NCBI GenBank assembly: GCA_951406725.2
Contig: OX597831.1
Location: 23,560,001 to 23,624,000, forward strand
DNA length: 64,000 nucleotides
Source of the DNA: Octopus vulgaris
Lineage: Eukaryota
Reading direction: 5' to 3'
Shown here: positions 15,016 to 27,708 of the stretch, one piece after another
Numbering within the stretch: the first letter of the stretch is position 1
How the letters are laid out: every line of letters starts with the position of its first letter
Position numbers and translations under genes: made by a program
The notes under the pieces: model-generated
Databases searched by the model: none
The model's input: the letters and a program-made list of their open reading frames with translations, nothing else
What the model was told of the DNA's origin: nothing

Positions 15016-15288
15016 TTACACCCCCTTTTCAAGCCTAGTCAGGCTCATGGGTCCGGTTTCCCGGGCATATGTGTTCCCCCAAGATGGACGGGATGCCAGT
15101 TCATCGCAGCGTTACTCTAGAAACAGGAAGAGAGAGAAAGTTGGGGTGAAAAAGTACAACAGGGGTCACCACCACCCCCTACCAGAGCCTCGTGAAGCTT
15201 TAGGTGTTTTCACTCAATAAACACACACAACGCCCAGTTTGGGAATCGAAACCGTGAGTCCGCTGTCCTAACCACTGGACCATTGCAC
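15016..15288 (-). mobile_element. SINE with the family C head and body but a different 3' half
   Basis: 15125-15288 is the reverse complement of 56017-56195, while 15016-15120 is unrelated to the 56200-56321 tail. Confidence 0.82.
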
Positions 15289-15620
15289 AAGATTTTTATT
15301 TTTTTGTGTTTATTATTTTATTGCATTACTGGCTCGCTATTAGTTGTAACAACAAGGGGTTTCACTTGATCCAATCAATGAAACAACCTTCCCATCAAAG
15401 CAATGCACAAGTGACTGAGTACTCCTTAATGTAGTCCTCAGGGACATCCAGCCATGACACAGAACTTGACAAGGCTGACCCTTTAAAATACAGCCACTAC
15501 TTATTTTTTGTCATCAGAGTGAACTGGAGCAACATGAAATAAAATATCTTGCTCAAGGATAAAATCATGTGCCTTGCTCAACCTCTAAGCCATGCACCAT
15601 GCACCATCATTCTATTCTGC

Positions 15621-15849
15621 TTAACCATTTTGTTACGAACCCGGCTGAAACCAGCCTTGGCTCAGTAGTACAAATGTCTTGTTTTCTTAAGTTTTTAATT
15701 AAAATCTTCTGCCAAACCTTAGTCACAATTAATGTTCCTAACTCTAGCTGAATGATAACTAAATTATTTTACTAAATTCTTTGTTATATTTAAAATAATT
15801 GAAAGAAACACAGAGCATCTCAAAATGAATACAGTAATGAAAGGGTTAG
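15621..15849 (+). mobile_element. Non-autonomous piggyBac-like MITE (~225 bp); copies at 55151-55370 (-) and 29945-30177 (diverged)
   Basis: Ends are TTAACC(C/A)TTT…AAAGGGTTA(A/G), consistent with a TTAA target and CCC-starting TIRs. Three homologous copies. Confidence 0.7.
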
Positions 15850-16438
15850 CATAAATTTACTCTTGATGCCAACAAAGATATCATTATTTTTCTCTTATTG
15901 TGTCGTAATATCATTCCCCATTGACTACACCATGTTCTAACACACTGACACCATATTCGGTTCATACTCTTCCACGCTTGTGTTTTGCAGAAAACAATGT
16001 TATTTTTGTAACAGAGTTAATGTCACATGTTTATATTTTGCTGCATTACTACCGCTTCCACTACAAGCAGGTAGCTTACAAGACAAAAGTGTAAAATGGT
16101 AAAAATAGAAGCATCTCTGCCTCCATAACATCGTTAACTTCTGGAAGTCAGCTTTTGCGCACATAAGCAATATTGGCTGTGACAGCTGACCGAGTGTCTG
16201 TCATACAGACTAATGACCATCAGATTCAAATCACTGCTTTGGACCATCAAAGCTGTTGGACAACTGAATTCCAAATTCTTGAAGTTCAGTCAGTCTATCT
16301 ATCTGTCTCACTCACTCTATATCTCTCATATATGTGTGTGAGTGTATGTGTGTATGCAAGTGTATATGTGAATATCTTTATATATAAACATGTATACATA
16401 TGTCTATATATATATATGTGTGTGCATATATGTATATC

Positions 16439-16487
<49 letters not shown>

Positions 16488-16957
16488 CACACACACACAT
16501 ATACACATACAATATACATTTGTACACACACACACACCATGCTTACATACATATGGGTTATGTAAGGAAATGAAGATTCTTACAGAAACAAACACATGCA
16601 TGTAATACGCATACATTTTCGGGTCTGTCTGTCTCTGTCTCTCTTTCAGATATATGCTTGTGTGTGAGAATGTGTAGTAGTAGCAGTAGCAGGAGTAGTA
16701 AAAAGCTTTGATGGAAAGATTTTTCCAACAAAGATGTAGTGAATGATATGAGGAAGGAAAATGAACAGATTTTATGAACTTTTTTATGAGATTAAATAGA
16801 AAAGTCAAAGGCTTCCCACCTTCGACTTTTTCTGTCTAAAAAGGGTTTTGAACCCAATATTTTCATTCTATTCTGTATAACTGTATGTATTTCAAGATTC
16901 AGTATTCTACAAAAGAAATGTTTCACATTTATAAATTCTTCTGATGTTTATATATAT

Positions 16958-17293
16958 AACCACATGGTTCCAGGCTCAGTCTCACTGTGTGGCACCTTGG
17001 GCAAGTGTATTCTAATATAGCCTTGGGCTGACCAAAGCCTTTCAAGTGGATTTGGTAGACGGAAACTGAAAGAAGCCTGTCATACATATACATATGTGTG
17101 TGTGTGTTTGTGTGTGTTTGTCCTCTAAACATCATTTGACAACCGATGCTGGTGCGTTTATGTCCCCATAACTTAGTGGTTCAGCAAAAACGACCGATAG
17201 TATAAGTACTAAGTTTACAAAGAATAAGTCTTGGGTTCGATTTTGCTCGAGCATGGCCACAGTCAAATGACTGAAACAATTAAAAGAATAAAA

Positions 17294-17297
<4 letters not shown>
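16958..17297 (+). mobile_element. SINE family A
   Basis: Matches family body and tail. Confidence 0.88.
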
Positions 17298-17345
<48 letters not shown>

Positions 17346-17982
17346 ATATATTTAGAAAGTAATGTAATAAAACATTATGGAGTATATATTATAAATAATT
17401 AAGATTATTTATGAATATATCAATGGCCAGACATGTTATCATAAAAGATAAAGAAGCAAAACATTTATAACATTGAAGAAGTCACAATTATAACTAAAAG
17501 GGTTAAAAGAACCCTCACATGTTAAAAATAGCAGGCAAAACTGCTATAAAGCCATTATATCATTCCTATAATTTCTCCTCACGATAAAAATTGTCTGCGG
17601 GTGACATGACAAATAGAATCCATAACTTAATAATAACTGGTTAATTCCCTATTGCAATTTCAACGTTAGGGACTTCTTAAGGGACCCATTCTTCCCATCA
17701 GGGCAAATGTTCATATAGATATAAATCAAAACAAGACTTTACTTTGGGGCGAGCATGAATCCTGACCGGCAAGGGAAGTGTTTCAACCTCTATCTTTACA
17801 TTCAAGTTTTGAATTCGAATGCCATTCACAGCATTTATGTGAAAAGACCAATAAATTCGAGCCATGGTAAAATCCCTGGATATGAGTTAGGAAAATTTAG
17901 ATAATTGGAATGTAATGTAATAAAACTTTATGGAAGGCATATAATAAATAATTAAGATTATTTATGAATATATCAATGGCCA

Positions 17983-18016
<34 letters not shown>

Positions 18017-18294
18017 TGAGTGTATTTTACCTTGTTAACAATTAACACGGATAAATGAATGAATAGTTACCAGGGCAGCAAAATCTCACAAGTAAAGATG
18101 TTGTAACTCCTTGTTTATAAAGGTTGAAACTTCGTGTTTACGTTGAATATATAAGGATAATGTGGTTATTTATATATAAATAAGGATAAGGATAATGTGG
18201 TTTTAGAGTCAAGTTTTGGCTGCTATTTCCAGCATGGTGGTATCTCTTAGATACCCTAAATTATAATTTTATATATATATATATATATATACAC

Positions 18295-18461
18295 ATGATG
18301 GGTTTCTTTCAGTTTTAGTCTGCCAAATCCATTCACAAGTCTTTGGTCAGCCTGAGGCTATAGTAGAAGATGCTTACCTAATGTGCCATGCAGTGGGACT
18401 GAACCCAGAACCATATGTGGTTGATAAGCAATCTTTTTACTACACAGCCACTCCTGTGCCT
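18295..18461 (-). mobile_element. SINE family A, 5' half only
   Basis: Reverse complement of head and core. Confidence 0.85.
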
Positions 18462-18820
18462 AATAGTACTCAAGAGATTCAAACTTGGATTCTGATGTCT
18501 TTACAGGGCATCGATTCCACAATGCAAAGAAAGGGATGAAATTGAGAGTATATAGAGGCAATTATGCCGATAAACAAATTAGATGCATTAAATATATGAA
18601 ATATAATAGCTTAGACATGAAATACAAAATATGTAAATGTGAATACATGCAAAATGACTATGTAGTTTCTCATCTATGCATACACAGAGACTTACTTATT
18701 TTGTATTCCATATCTAAATTATTATATCTAATATATTTAATGTATCTAATTTGTTTATCTGCATAATTTGTTTATCTATATGTATACATACATGTATGTA
18801 TGTGTGTGTGTGAGTATGTG

Positions 18821-19037
18821 TGTGACTAGAGTGTTATGAAACACTCACACTGCTAGAAATACAAGCCAAAATGCTCTAATGTTGTACTAAGATATTAAGA
18901 ATTCCCAATCTGCATTTTTAGGATGATTCAGGTCGCTGTTAGTGTATATGTTCCCATTCATGTGCATTAACCACAGCATTAGAGCATTTTAACTTGTATT
19001 TCCAGCAATGTAGGGGTTTCTTAACACCCCAGTCACA
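18821..19037. mobile_element. MITE-like fold-back with ~65-bp imperfect terminal inverted repeats
   Basis: 18821-18885 matches the reverse complement of 18973-19037. The GCTAGAAATA(G/C)(C/A)AGCCAAA motif recurs near 20330, 44037, 53695 and 62500. Confidence 0.7.
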
Positions 19038-19093
19038 TTTAGTGACAGTTATAATTCTCCTTTTTGGTGAAACACTGCAACCTGCTGTTTATA

Positions 19094-19156
<63 letters not shown>

Positions 19157-19275
19157 CAGAGTCAATTTGAGGATATAAACCATTTATAGGGATGGTTCCA
19201 TTCAAGTTACACTGGTTTAATATGTTATGCTGTGAAGAGATATCTCTTCAAGAAATATGTTATAAATATCAAATA

Positions 19276-19652
19276 TTATTAAGCAAGAAAATAGAGAGGT
19301 TTAATGGATGAAATTAATCTATTAATTAATTAAAATTGCCTACAATTGTTTCAATTCATACTCAATGCAAATTACAAAACACATGTAATAAAATATGATT
19401 GCATTGTGAAGATTATGAGTGGAATATCATCAGGGTAAAATGATTAGTAAGGAAGTTACGTGTAGACCAGTTGAAACATTAATGTCTTTTTGCCCTGATG
19501 ATATTCCTCTTAAAGTCTTCACAAGGCAAACATATTTTATTATATATGTTTTGCAATTTGTACTGAGTGTGAATTGAAACAATTGTAGGCAATTTTAATT
19601 AATTAAGAAATTAATTTTCTCCATTAAATCACTCCATTAACTTGCTTAATAA
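19276..19652. repeat. Long imperfect palindrome (~165-bp arms, ~46-bp spacer), Penelope-like inverted repeat
   Basis: 19276-19440 is the reverse complement of 19487-19652. Confidence 0.92.
19490..19592 (+). ncRNA. Type I hammerhead-ribozyme-like motif, mirrored on the - strand at 19336-19438
   Basis: TTGCC-CTGATGA-[long stem II]-GAAA-CAATTG-TA-GGCAA. Stem I is 5 bp, stem III is palindromic, and the triplet is GUA. The first pair of stem II is a T/T mismatch. Confidence 0.6.
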
Positions 19653-19683
19653 CAATAGTAATAATAATAATAATAATATATAA

Positions 19684-19729
<46 letters not shown>

Positions 19730-20747
19730 GCCATTGTGTTTGTGGGGTATGTATAATTGTTTGTATTTATGTGCATTGGGTTGTATTACATCGATGAAGG
19801 AAAAATAGGTTTCCTCTTAAACCTGAAATTAATTGATATGTAACTGAACCTTTACGAGAATCTTTTTCATTTATTTGCCCAAGTTTGGCACATGTTTATC
19901 GTGATATTTTAATGTAGTTTAGAGACATTTGGCATCTTCTTTCAGCATGTGGATAGGCTTGTATACTTACTCACTTGCCCTGAATATAAATATATATATA
20001 TGTGTGCATATATATATATATCACTTCAATACAAAACGATAAATTTTGAAGTATATTTATTTAATTAAAATCATTTATCATAATTTTATATACGAACCAT
20101 ATATTTTGTTCCATTTCAAATATGAGTTTTATGACTAAAATTCAGTAATTGCCTAGAATGTAGCAGATGCTTCATCCAGGATGATATAATATAAAAGTGC
20201 TATTATAGAACATGGTACTGAGGTAGGCAGAAAAAGCTATTTAAAAGAGTCCCTGAAATTGTTGGAATTATTTCAGCTTTACCTTGTATACTTTTGTTAA
20301 TATGGAAGGCTTTATGTGGTTTCTTGACTTGCTAGTTTAAGTAGCCAAATGTACCTCAAACCAAACCTTACTATCTGAAAAAGGGTGATGTCAAATCATG
20401 TACTCATAGGTAAAGTATACCTAGAAATAAAAACTAAAGTAGGTAGATCTGTAATGATCGGAATATAGTAGCCAAATGTAAGCTTTAGTTCAACAGATCT
20501 ATGTTCAAATGGATTCCAGCTTTGACTATTCACTTTTTTTTATTTTAGGCATAATACATCTTGGTCTAATAAGCTGATATGGTCATTCACATTTTAAAGA
20601 GAGTAGGGTGTGAATGTTTTGAAAAGAATTAGGGTGCTGTTTCTTGTAGGTCTATCAGCTGTTATGAATAATTATTACCAACTTAGCGCAAGTCTTTATT
20701 TAGTACAACAATCATTTCAACCTATATATATATATATATATATATAT

Positions 20748-21262
20748 GCGGCTGGCCCCCGTGCCGGTGACACGTAAAAGCACCGTCCGCTCGTGGCCGT
20801 TTGCCAGCTCTGTCTGGCAACCGTGTCGGTGGCACGTAAAAGCACCATCTGTTCGCGTCCGTTGCCAGCCTCGGCTGGCCCCCGTGCCGGTGACACGTAA
20901 AAGCACCATCCGTTCGTGGCCGTTTGCCAGCTCTGTCTGGCCCCGTGTCGGTGGCACGTAAAAGCACCATCCGTTCGTGTCCGTTGCCAGCATCGCCTGG
21001 CCCCGTGCCGGTGACACGTTAAAAGCACCATCCGTTCGTGGCCGTTCGCCAGCTCTGTCTGGCACCTGTGCAGGTGGCACGTAAAAAACACCCACTACAC
21101 TCGCGGAGTGGTTGGCGTTAGGAAGGGCATCCAGCCGTAGAAACACTGCCAGATCTGACTGGGCCTGACGAAGCCTTCCAGCTTCACAGACCCCAGTTGA
21201 CCCGTCCAACCCATGCTAACATGGAAAACGGACGCTAAACGATGATGATGATGATGATGATG
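20748..21262 (+). mobile_element. 5'-truncated 3' end of the same RTE family, with five full 60-63-nt tandem units and a (GAT)n tail
   Basis: Units start at 20761, 20823, 20884, 20945, 21005 and 21068. The downstream sequence matches the reverse complement of 36664-36830. Inserted in (TA)n. Confidence 0.93.
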
Positions 21263-22156
21263 TATATGCATATATGACTCTGATGAAGGAATTGTTCTTT
21301 ATGTTGCCTGTCTTGTTTTTCTATTTGTTTCTTTCGTTGTTCCAAAAAAGCTTGTTTTCCATGTTTTGTAATCCATGTTGTTTACATTTTTTGACATCCT
21401 GTACCCCTATATGCATGTGTATATACATATATATATGTAAGTATGTACATGTATGTATATACATATATTATTTATATAATATATATATTTATCTATCTGA
21501 CTATATATGTATTTATATATATATATTTAGTGAATATAAACAAGAAGGGTAGTAATATTATTTACTACCAGGTGCCCAGCACAAAAGACGAATTAGTCAT
21601 AAGACGAAAATATTATTCATATAGAAAAATATTAATCATGTGGTTATACAATTAAAGGCTCCTAAAGTGTGTTCCCAGCACTTGGCATCTTTATTTAGGA
21701 GCCTTTAATTGTATATATTTAGTGAGATAGACAGACGGATAGGTTGATAGCTGTATAGATAGGGAAGAGAGAAAGAAAGAGAAACAACTTTCAATTATCC
21801 TTATGTATTTGTTTTGTCAGATTCCTGATGTGAAATCGTGTCTTGAAACAAATATTGTTATATTTGGGGATGGTCATTTAAAATTTTTTTTACCAATTTA
21901 CCAAACTCTTTATATTTTTTCTCCACTTCTGTTTTATTTTATGCTGAATGCAGTGCGCTTTGTCTGAAATCTTTCATCACACATCCTGTGACCTCTTCAA
22001 TGTCTCTCCATCCCATGTGTCCCCTCTTGTTCTGTTTAGTCCATTTCATCTTTCCGTGAAAGTTGTTGAAGATGACACAAGATGCATGATGAAAGATTTC
22101 AGACAAAGGACACAAAAATAATAATATTAATAATAATAATAATAATGATAATAATA

Positions 22157-22187
<31 letters not shown>

Positions 22188-22686
22188 AGTTGATGTGAAG
22201 AATGAGTATATAGTGCATGTGGTTAATTGGCAAAAGAAAAAAAATGAAATTCAGTTATTTCCCACAAAATTATGTAATTTTGTACAACATGTCAGTTACA
22301 GTAGTTGAGATTGTAAAACATAGAACTATATCTTCAGTGAAAAGATTATGTTGAAATACCTATAATTACAACGAAGCAGATAAAACCAAATTATAGTTGA
22401 AACATACAGGATGCGTTAAAGTACTCCTGTTTTTTTTTTTATATATTTTGATTTTTCATTCATATATTATCATTTTCTGTATTCTTTTTCTAATTTATCT
22501 TTTGTAACACACACACAACACACATACATATATCTACATATATCTCTCTCTCTATATATATATGTATCTATATATATATATCTATATATTATGGCCGTCA
22601 TCATCATTTTATATATATGTAGGCATATATTTGTATATATGTGTATATATATTTATATGTGTGTGTGCTTGTATATATATATATGT

Positions 22687-22743
<57 letters not shown>

Positions 22744-23111
22744 CTAAGCATTTTAAAAATTATATGTTTGTATGTTAGTTGCTTTTTTAAATTATATTTT
22801 ATGCAACTAATTTTTTAAAGCTTCCAATATTTACATTTATTTTTATATTTATCTCTGTTACTCTATTCTTAAATTCCATTTATTCTGTATCACACACTAT
22901 TTTAAATTACCTTCTGCTGTTAATTTTTTTTTTTTTTTTATGGCAGACTTATTGCAGAGAAGAGTTTAGGAAAGAATATACACATTTTTCACTGTATCTC
23001 TCATTTCTCCTTCTCTCTCCTTTACTCTTGTTCTTCCTCGTTTTCTTTCTTTTTCTCTTCCCCTGCCTATATAGCTATGAATCTATCTGCTTGCCTGTCT
23101 ATTTATCTCTC

Positions 23112-23142
<31 letters not shown>

Positions 23143-23160
23143 GGATAGATAGATACATAG

Positions 23161-23193
<33 letters not shown>

Positions 23194-23440
23194 CGGGTTG
23201 AAATGATCGTTGTACTGAATAAAGACTCTTGCTAAATCTATCTTCCATTCCCTTCATGAATTATTGTCTGAACTAACACTGCGCAGTTCCTGAAGTAGAT
23301 CCAGTAGTAATATACCCCAACTGTGGATGACAATCAGGGAGCCCAAATTGTGAATGTGCTTTGCTCAACTCACTAACTGCCACATAGCCATTAGCCCACA
23401 AAAATTGCATATATATATATATATATATGTAGATATATAT

Positions 23441-23602
23441 AGGTGCAAGAGTGGCTGCATGGTAAGTCGCTTGCTTACCAATGACATGGTTCCAGGGTTC
23501 AGTCCCACTGCATGGTACCTTGGGCAAGTGTCTTCTACTATAGCCTCGGGCCAACCAAAGTCTTGTGAGGGGATTTGGTAGATGGAAACTGAAAGAAGCC
23601 CG

Positions 23603-23656
<54 letters not shown>

Positions 23657-23868
23657 GTGTATATATTTGCATGTGTGTACCCGCCAACATCGCTTGACAA
23701 CCGATGGTGGTGTGTTTACATCCCTGGAACTTAGCAGTTCGGCAAAAGAGACTGATAAAATAAGTGCTACACTTACAAAGAATAAGTCCTGTGGTCGATT
23801 TGCTCAACTAAAGGTAGTGCTCCAGCATGGCTGCAGTCAAAATGTGTGAAACAAGTGAAAGAATAAAA

Positions 23869-23871
<3 letters not shown>
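23441..23871 (+). mobile_element. SINE family A, full length
   Basis: Head GGTGCAAGAGTGGCTG…, B-box-like GGTTCAGTCCC, and tail. Confidence 0.9.
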
Positions 23872-23927
<56 letters not shown>

Positions 23928-25085
23928 TATATATATATGGATGGATGGATATAGTGAGAGAGAGAGGGAGAGGGTGAGAGAGATAAATATATATATATAT
24001 TTATAAATAGAGCAATAAGAAAATGGAGATCAATAGGTGGTTCATGAACTTTTAGACATTTTATTATGTCAACTTATTTATTTACTAATATTTATAAATA
24101 TATACAAATACATATATATTACATATACATACATACACACACACATACATACCTAAATATATAAATATATGAACAACCACATACATCTTATATGTATGCA
24201 TATATGTATGTATATGTGTATGTACATATATGTATGTACATACGTATATATGTATGTATGCATGTATGTATGTTTGTATGTGTGTGTATGTAATTGTCAT
24301 ATTATGATTGACATTCAAATAAACTTAAGTACTTCTTCTCATTAACTCCGTCTGCCATCAAGTCTACATCTGTGTTTCTCAGTTTTGTCTTATCGCATCT
24401 CATCTACAATACGGTTCTGCTAATCCAGCACAATTCCTACCTGAGTTTGTGACTGATTATCAAGTATGCCAGTGTGCTGGATCCCAGTCTTATAAATAAG
24501 AATACAAAATCATGTTTTTTAACCAGGTCAGCAATTATATAACAAATATTTCCTCAGCAACCTCAATATCCATGGGTTTTTTGTTTTGTTTTCTGTTGAA
24601 CAAGTAGGCACCAGATTGGCTGTGTGCTAAGAAATTTGGTTCCTAACCACATAGGTCTGGGTTCAGTCCCACTGTGTGACACTTTCAGTAAGTGTCTTCT
24701 ACTATAGCTCCAGTCTGCCAAACCTTGAAAGTGGATTTGGTAAAGGGAAACTGAAAGAAGCCCATCTTGCATATATACATGATGGGCTTCATCTCATCCT
24801 ATGATGGATTCAATCTACTAACATTATTATGGACTGTTAAGCCCCCAGAAACAGCTGTTGGATTTGTAATACATTTCCTCCACTCCTCTAATTCCCTATT
24901 TTATTTGCATTCCGTGTAAGCTGGGAATTTTTATATGTGTACATATATACACATTTTTTTTTTGTATTTCATGTATTTAATATACTTTATATATATTGAT
25001 CTGTCTAATTTGCTTATCACTACTTATACTTATATATATATATATATATATAAGTAAAAGCCCAGATTCTCCAGCTCGTTATTTT

Positions 25086-25498
25086 AGGTGCAGGAGTGGC
25101 TGTGTGGTAAGTAGCTTGCTTACCACCACATGGTTCTGGGTTCAGTCCCACTGCGTGGCACCTTGGGCAAGTGTCTTCTACTATAGCCTCGGGCCGACCA
25201 AAGCCGTGTGAGTGGATTTGGTAGATGGAAACTGAAAGAAGCCCATTCTATATATTTGTATATATGTATATGTATGCGTGTGTATATGTCTGTGTGTCTG
25301 TGTTTGTCTCCCCAGTATTGCTTGACAACCGATGCTGGTGTGTTTACGTCCCTGTAACTTAGCGGTTCAGCAAAAGTGACTGATAGAATAAATACTAGGC
25401 TTACAAAGAATAAGTTTTAGGGTCAATTTGCTCGACTAAAGGTGGTGCTCCAGCATGGCCGCAGTCAAATGGCTAAAACAAGTAAAAGAGTAAAGAGT
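25086..25498 (+). mobile_element. SINE family A, full length; a partial copy lies at 24606-24770 and a diverged 3' half at ~25520-25740
   Basis: Colinear with 56389-56806. Confidence 0.9.
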
Positions 25499-26159
25499 AT
25501 GAATGTATGTACACGTGTGTGTGTGTTTTGTTTGTTCCCCACTACCATTTGGCAGCTATTGCTGGTGTGTCTATAACTCTATAACCTAGAAATTCGGCAA
25601 CAGTGACTGATAGAATAGGTACCAGATTTCAAAAAAAATGTACTGGGGTCGATTCATTTGACTAAAAAATTCTACAAAGCACCAACTACCCCATTATGAC
25701 TGCAGTCTAAGACTGAAACAAGTGAAAGATAAAATAAAAATTAAGTTTACTACAACTGCCGTGTTGTATTCTTAAATTTCTACACCACCCTTCTGGAAGC
25801 ACATAAGTCTTCAACATAACTATGTTGCTGCAGAATTGCATCACTTATTTTATTTTTACTGAACCTGAAATTATTATACACACTGATCAATTTTCATGAA
25901 CCCACTCAAGTATTAACACTGCATCTTATGCTGTAACTCTTAATTTTCAATTTGCTATTCGCTAGACATCAACTGTTAGCTGTCTTTGAATCAGTCATAA
26001 ATTGCATTAACTTCTGTTTCTTAATGTCATTAATTCTTAAAGAACTTACGTTCATGTACAATAGTGCAGCAATTTTCACCTCTTTCAAATGCTGTATTGT
26101 TGCAAGTGCCTGATGGAACCTGCTTTTCCCAATTTGGCATTCCCTTTTTTAAGATTGAC

Positions 26160-26462
26160 TTCAAATTTTGGCAAATGGCCAGCAATTTGGGGTGGGGGGA
26201 AACTGGTAGTTATTTTATACACCCCAAAAGAATGAAAGGTGAAGTGGACATCAATAGCATTCACACTCTGTATGTAAAGATGGATAAATGCCACATCGCA
26301 ATTTGCCCAGCATGCTAACGATTCCACCAGTTTGCTGCCTTTATGCCTTATTATTATTACCACGAGAGCAGCAGTTTGCGGGTAGAGGATGAGACGATTA
26401 CATCACCCCCAGTTTTCAAATGCTACTTATTTTATCGACCCCAAAAGGATGAAAGGTAAAGC
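26160..26462 (-). mobile_element. Two degenerate SINE family B copies
   Basis: Central domain recognisable twice. Confidence 0.75.
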
Positions 26463-26607
26463 AGTATTCAATGCTACCAAGCCGTATTCAATGCTGCTAT
26501 TCAATGTTACCAATTCCTGCCTTTCAAAGACTTTAAGGTCTGACTTTAGGGAGATTTGGTTATTATTTCTAGTAGCATGGGAAACCACATAGTCCTTTTA
26601 TCATATA

Positions 26608-27066
26608 GGCAAGTGTCTTCTACTATAGCCTCGGACCAACCAAAGCCTTGTGAGTGGATTTGGTAGATGGAAACTGAAAGAAGCCCATCATGTATATATA
26701 TATACATTTGCATTAGGAAGGGCATCCAGCTGTAGAAATACTGCCAGATCAGACTGGAGCCTGGTGCAGCCTTCTGGCTTCCCAGATCCCCGGTCAAACC
26801 GTCCAACCCATGCGAGCATGGGGAACGGACGTTAAACGATGATGATGATGATGATTTGTGTGTCTGTGTTTGTCCCTCCACCATTGCTTGACAACCAATA
26901 TTAGTGCATTTACGTACCTGTAACTTAGCAGTTTGGCAAAAGAGAGAGCAACAGAATAAGTACAAGGCTTACAAAGAATAAGTACTGGGGTCGATTTGAT
27001 CAATTGAAGGCAATACTCCAGCATGGCCACAGTCAAATGACTGAAACAGGTAAAAGAATAAAAGAA
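26608..27066 (+). mobile_element. SINE family A interrupted by an RTE fragment
   Basis: The two halves flank 26710-26854. Confidence 0.88.
26710..26854 (+). mobile_element. RTE 3'-end fragment nested inside a SINE-A copy
   Basis: GCATTAGGAAGGGCATCCAGC…GGACGTTAAACGATGATGATG sits within the SINE's internal TA/TG tract. Confidence 0.9.
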
Positions 27067-27330
27067 CTGCTAAAGCATTTCAAAGTGATCCATCCTCCTC
27101 ACCTGCCAATAGGTACCGTACTGTTGGAACAACAGACTGTAAAAGGTTTGTAATTATCTATGGATGAGTATGTATATGCTATGTGCATATATGTATTACG
27201 TCAGGTGAGTTGGGATTGCAAGTGGTAACCTATAACACAGTGCAGTCCACTGCATGGGCATACTGCTAGTGACTAAAGGGGTATCCCCAGCATGCTACCC
27301 AGGTGGAGAAACTCAGCAGGACAAAATATA

Positions 27331-27708
27331 TTTTCTCTACTCCATGCACAAGGCCCGAAATTTTTGGGGAGGAGGCCAGTCGATTAGATTGACCTCAGTG
27401 CGCAAATGGTATTTAATTTATTGACCCCGAAAGGATGAAAACAGTCGACTTTGGTGTAATTTGAACTCAGAATGTGAAAAGACGAAAAATATTCTTTTCT
27501 ACTCTAGGCATATGGCCTGGAATTTTTGTGGAGGTGGCCAGTCGATTAGAGTGACCCCCAGTATGCAACTGGTACTTAATTTATTGACCCTGAAAGGATG
27601 AATGACAAAGTCGACCTCAGTGGAATTTGAACTCAGAACGTAAATGCAGACGAAATACCATTAAGCATTTTGCCAAGCATACTAATGTTTCTGCCAGCTC
27701 GCCACCTT
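27331..27708 (-). mobile_element. SINE family B head-to-tail dimer
   Basis: Core and tail occur twice, with one full head. Confidence 0.88.

Noticed and set aside
20761-21090. CRISPR-like array near a reverse transcriptase
   Set aside because: Units are homologous along their whole length with only short variable loops. There are no unique spacers or cas genes, and the context is a eukaryotic LINE 3' UTR.
20676-23240. ~45-bp inverted pair at 20676-20722 and 23195-23240 as TIRs of one element
   Set aside because: Each copy abuts its own (TA)n tract on the inner side and no TSD is visible. They are more likely two ends of a dispersed repeat.
24383-24463. 81-nt AG…GT segment open in phase 0 (FCLIASHLQYGSANPAQFLPEFVTDYQ)
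   Set aside because: Phase is incompatible with the candidate first exon, no homology was recognised, and such segments are expected by chance.
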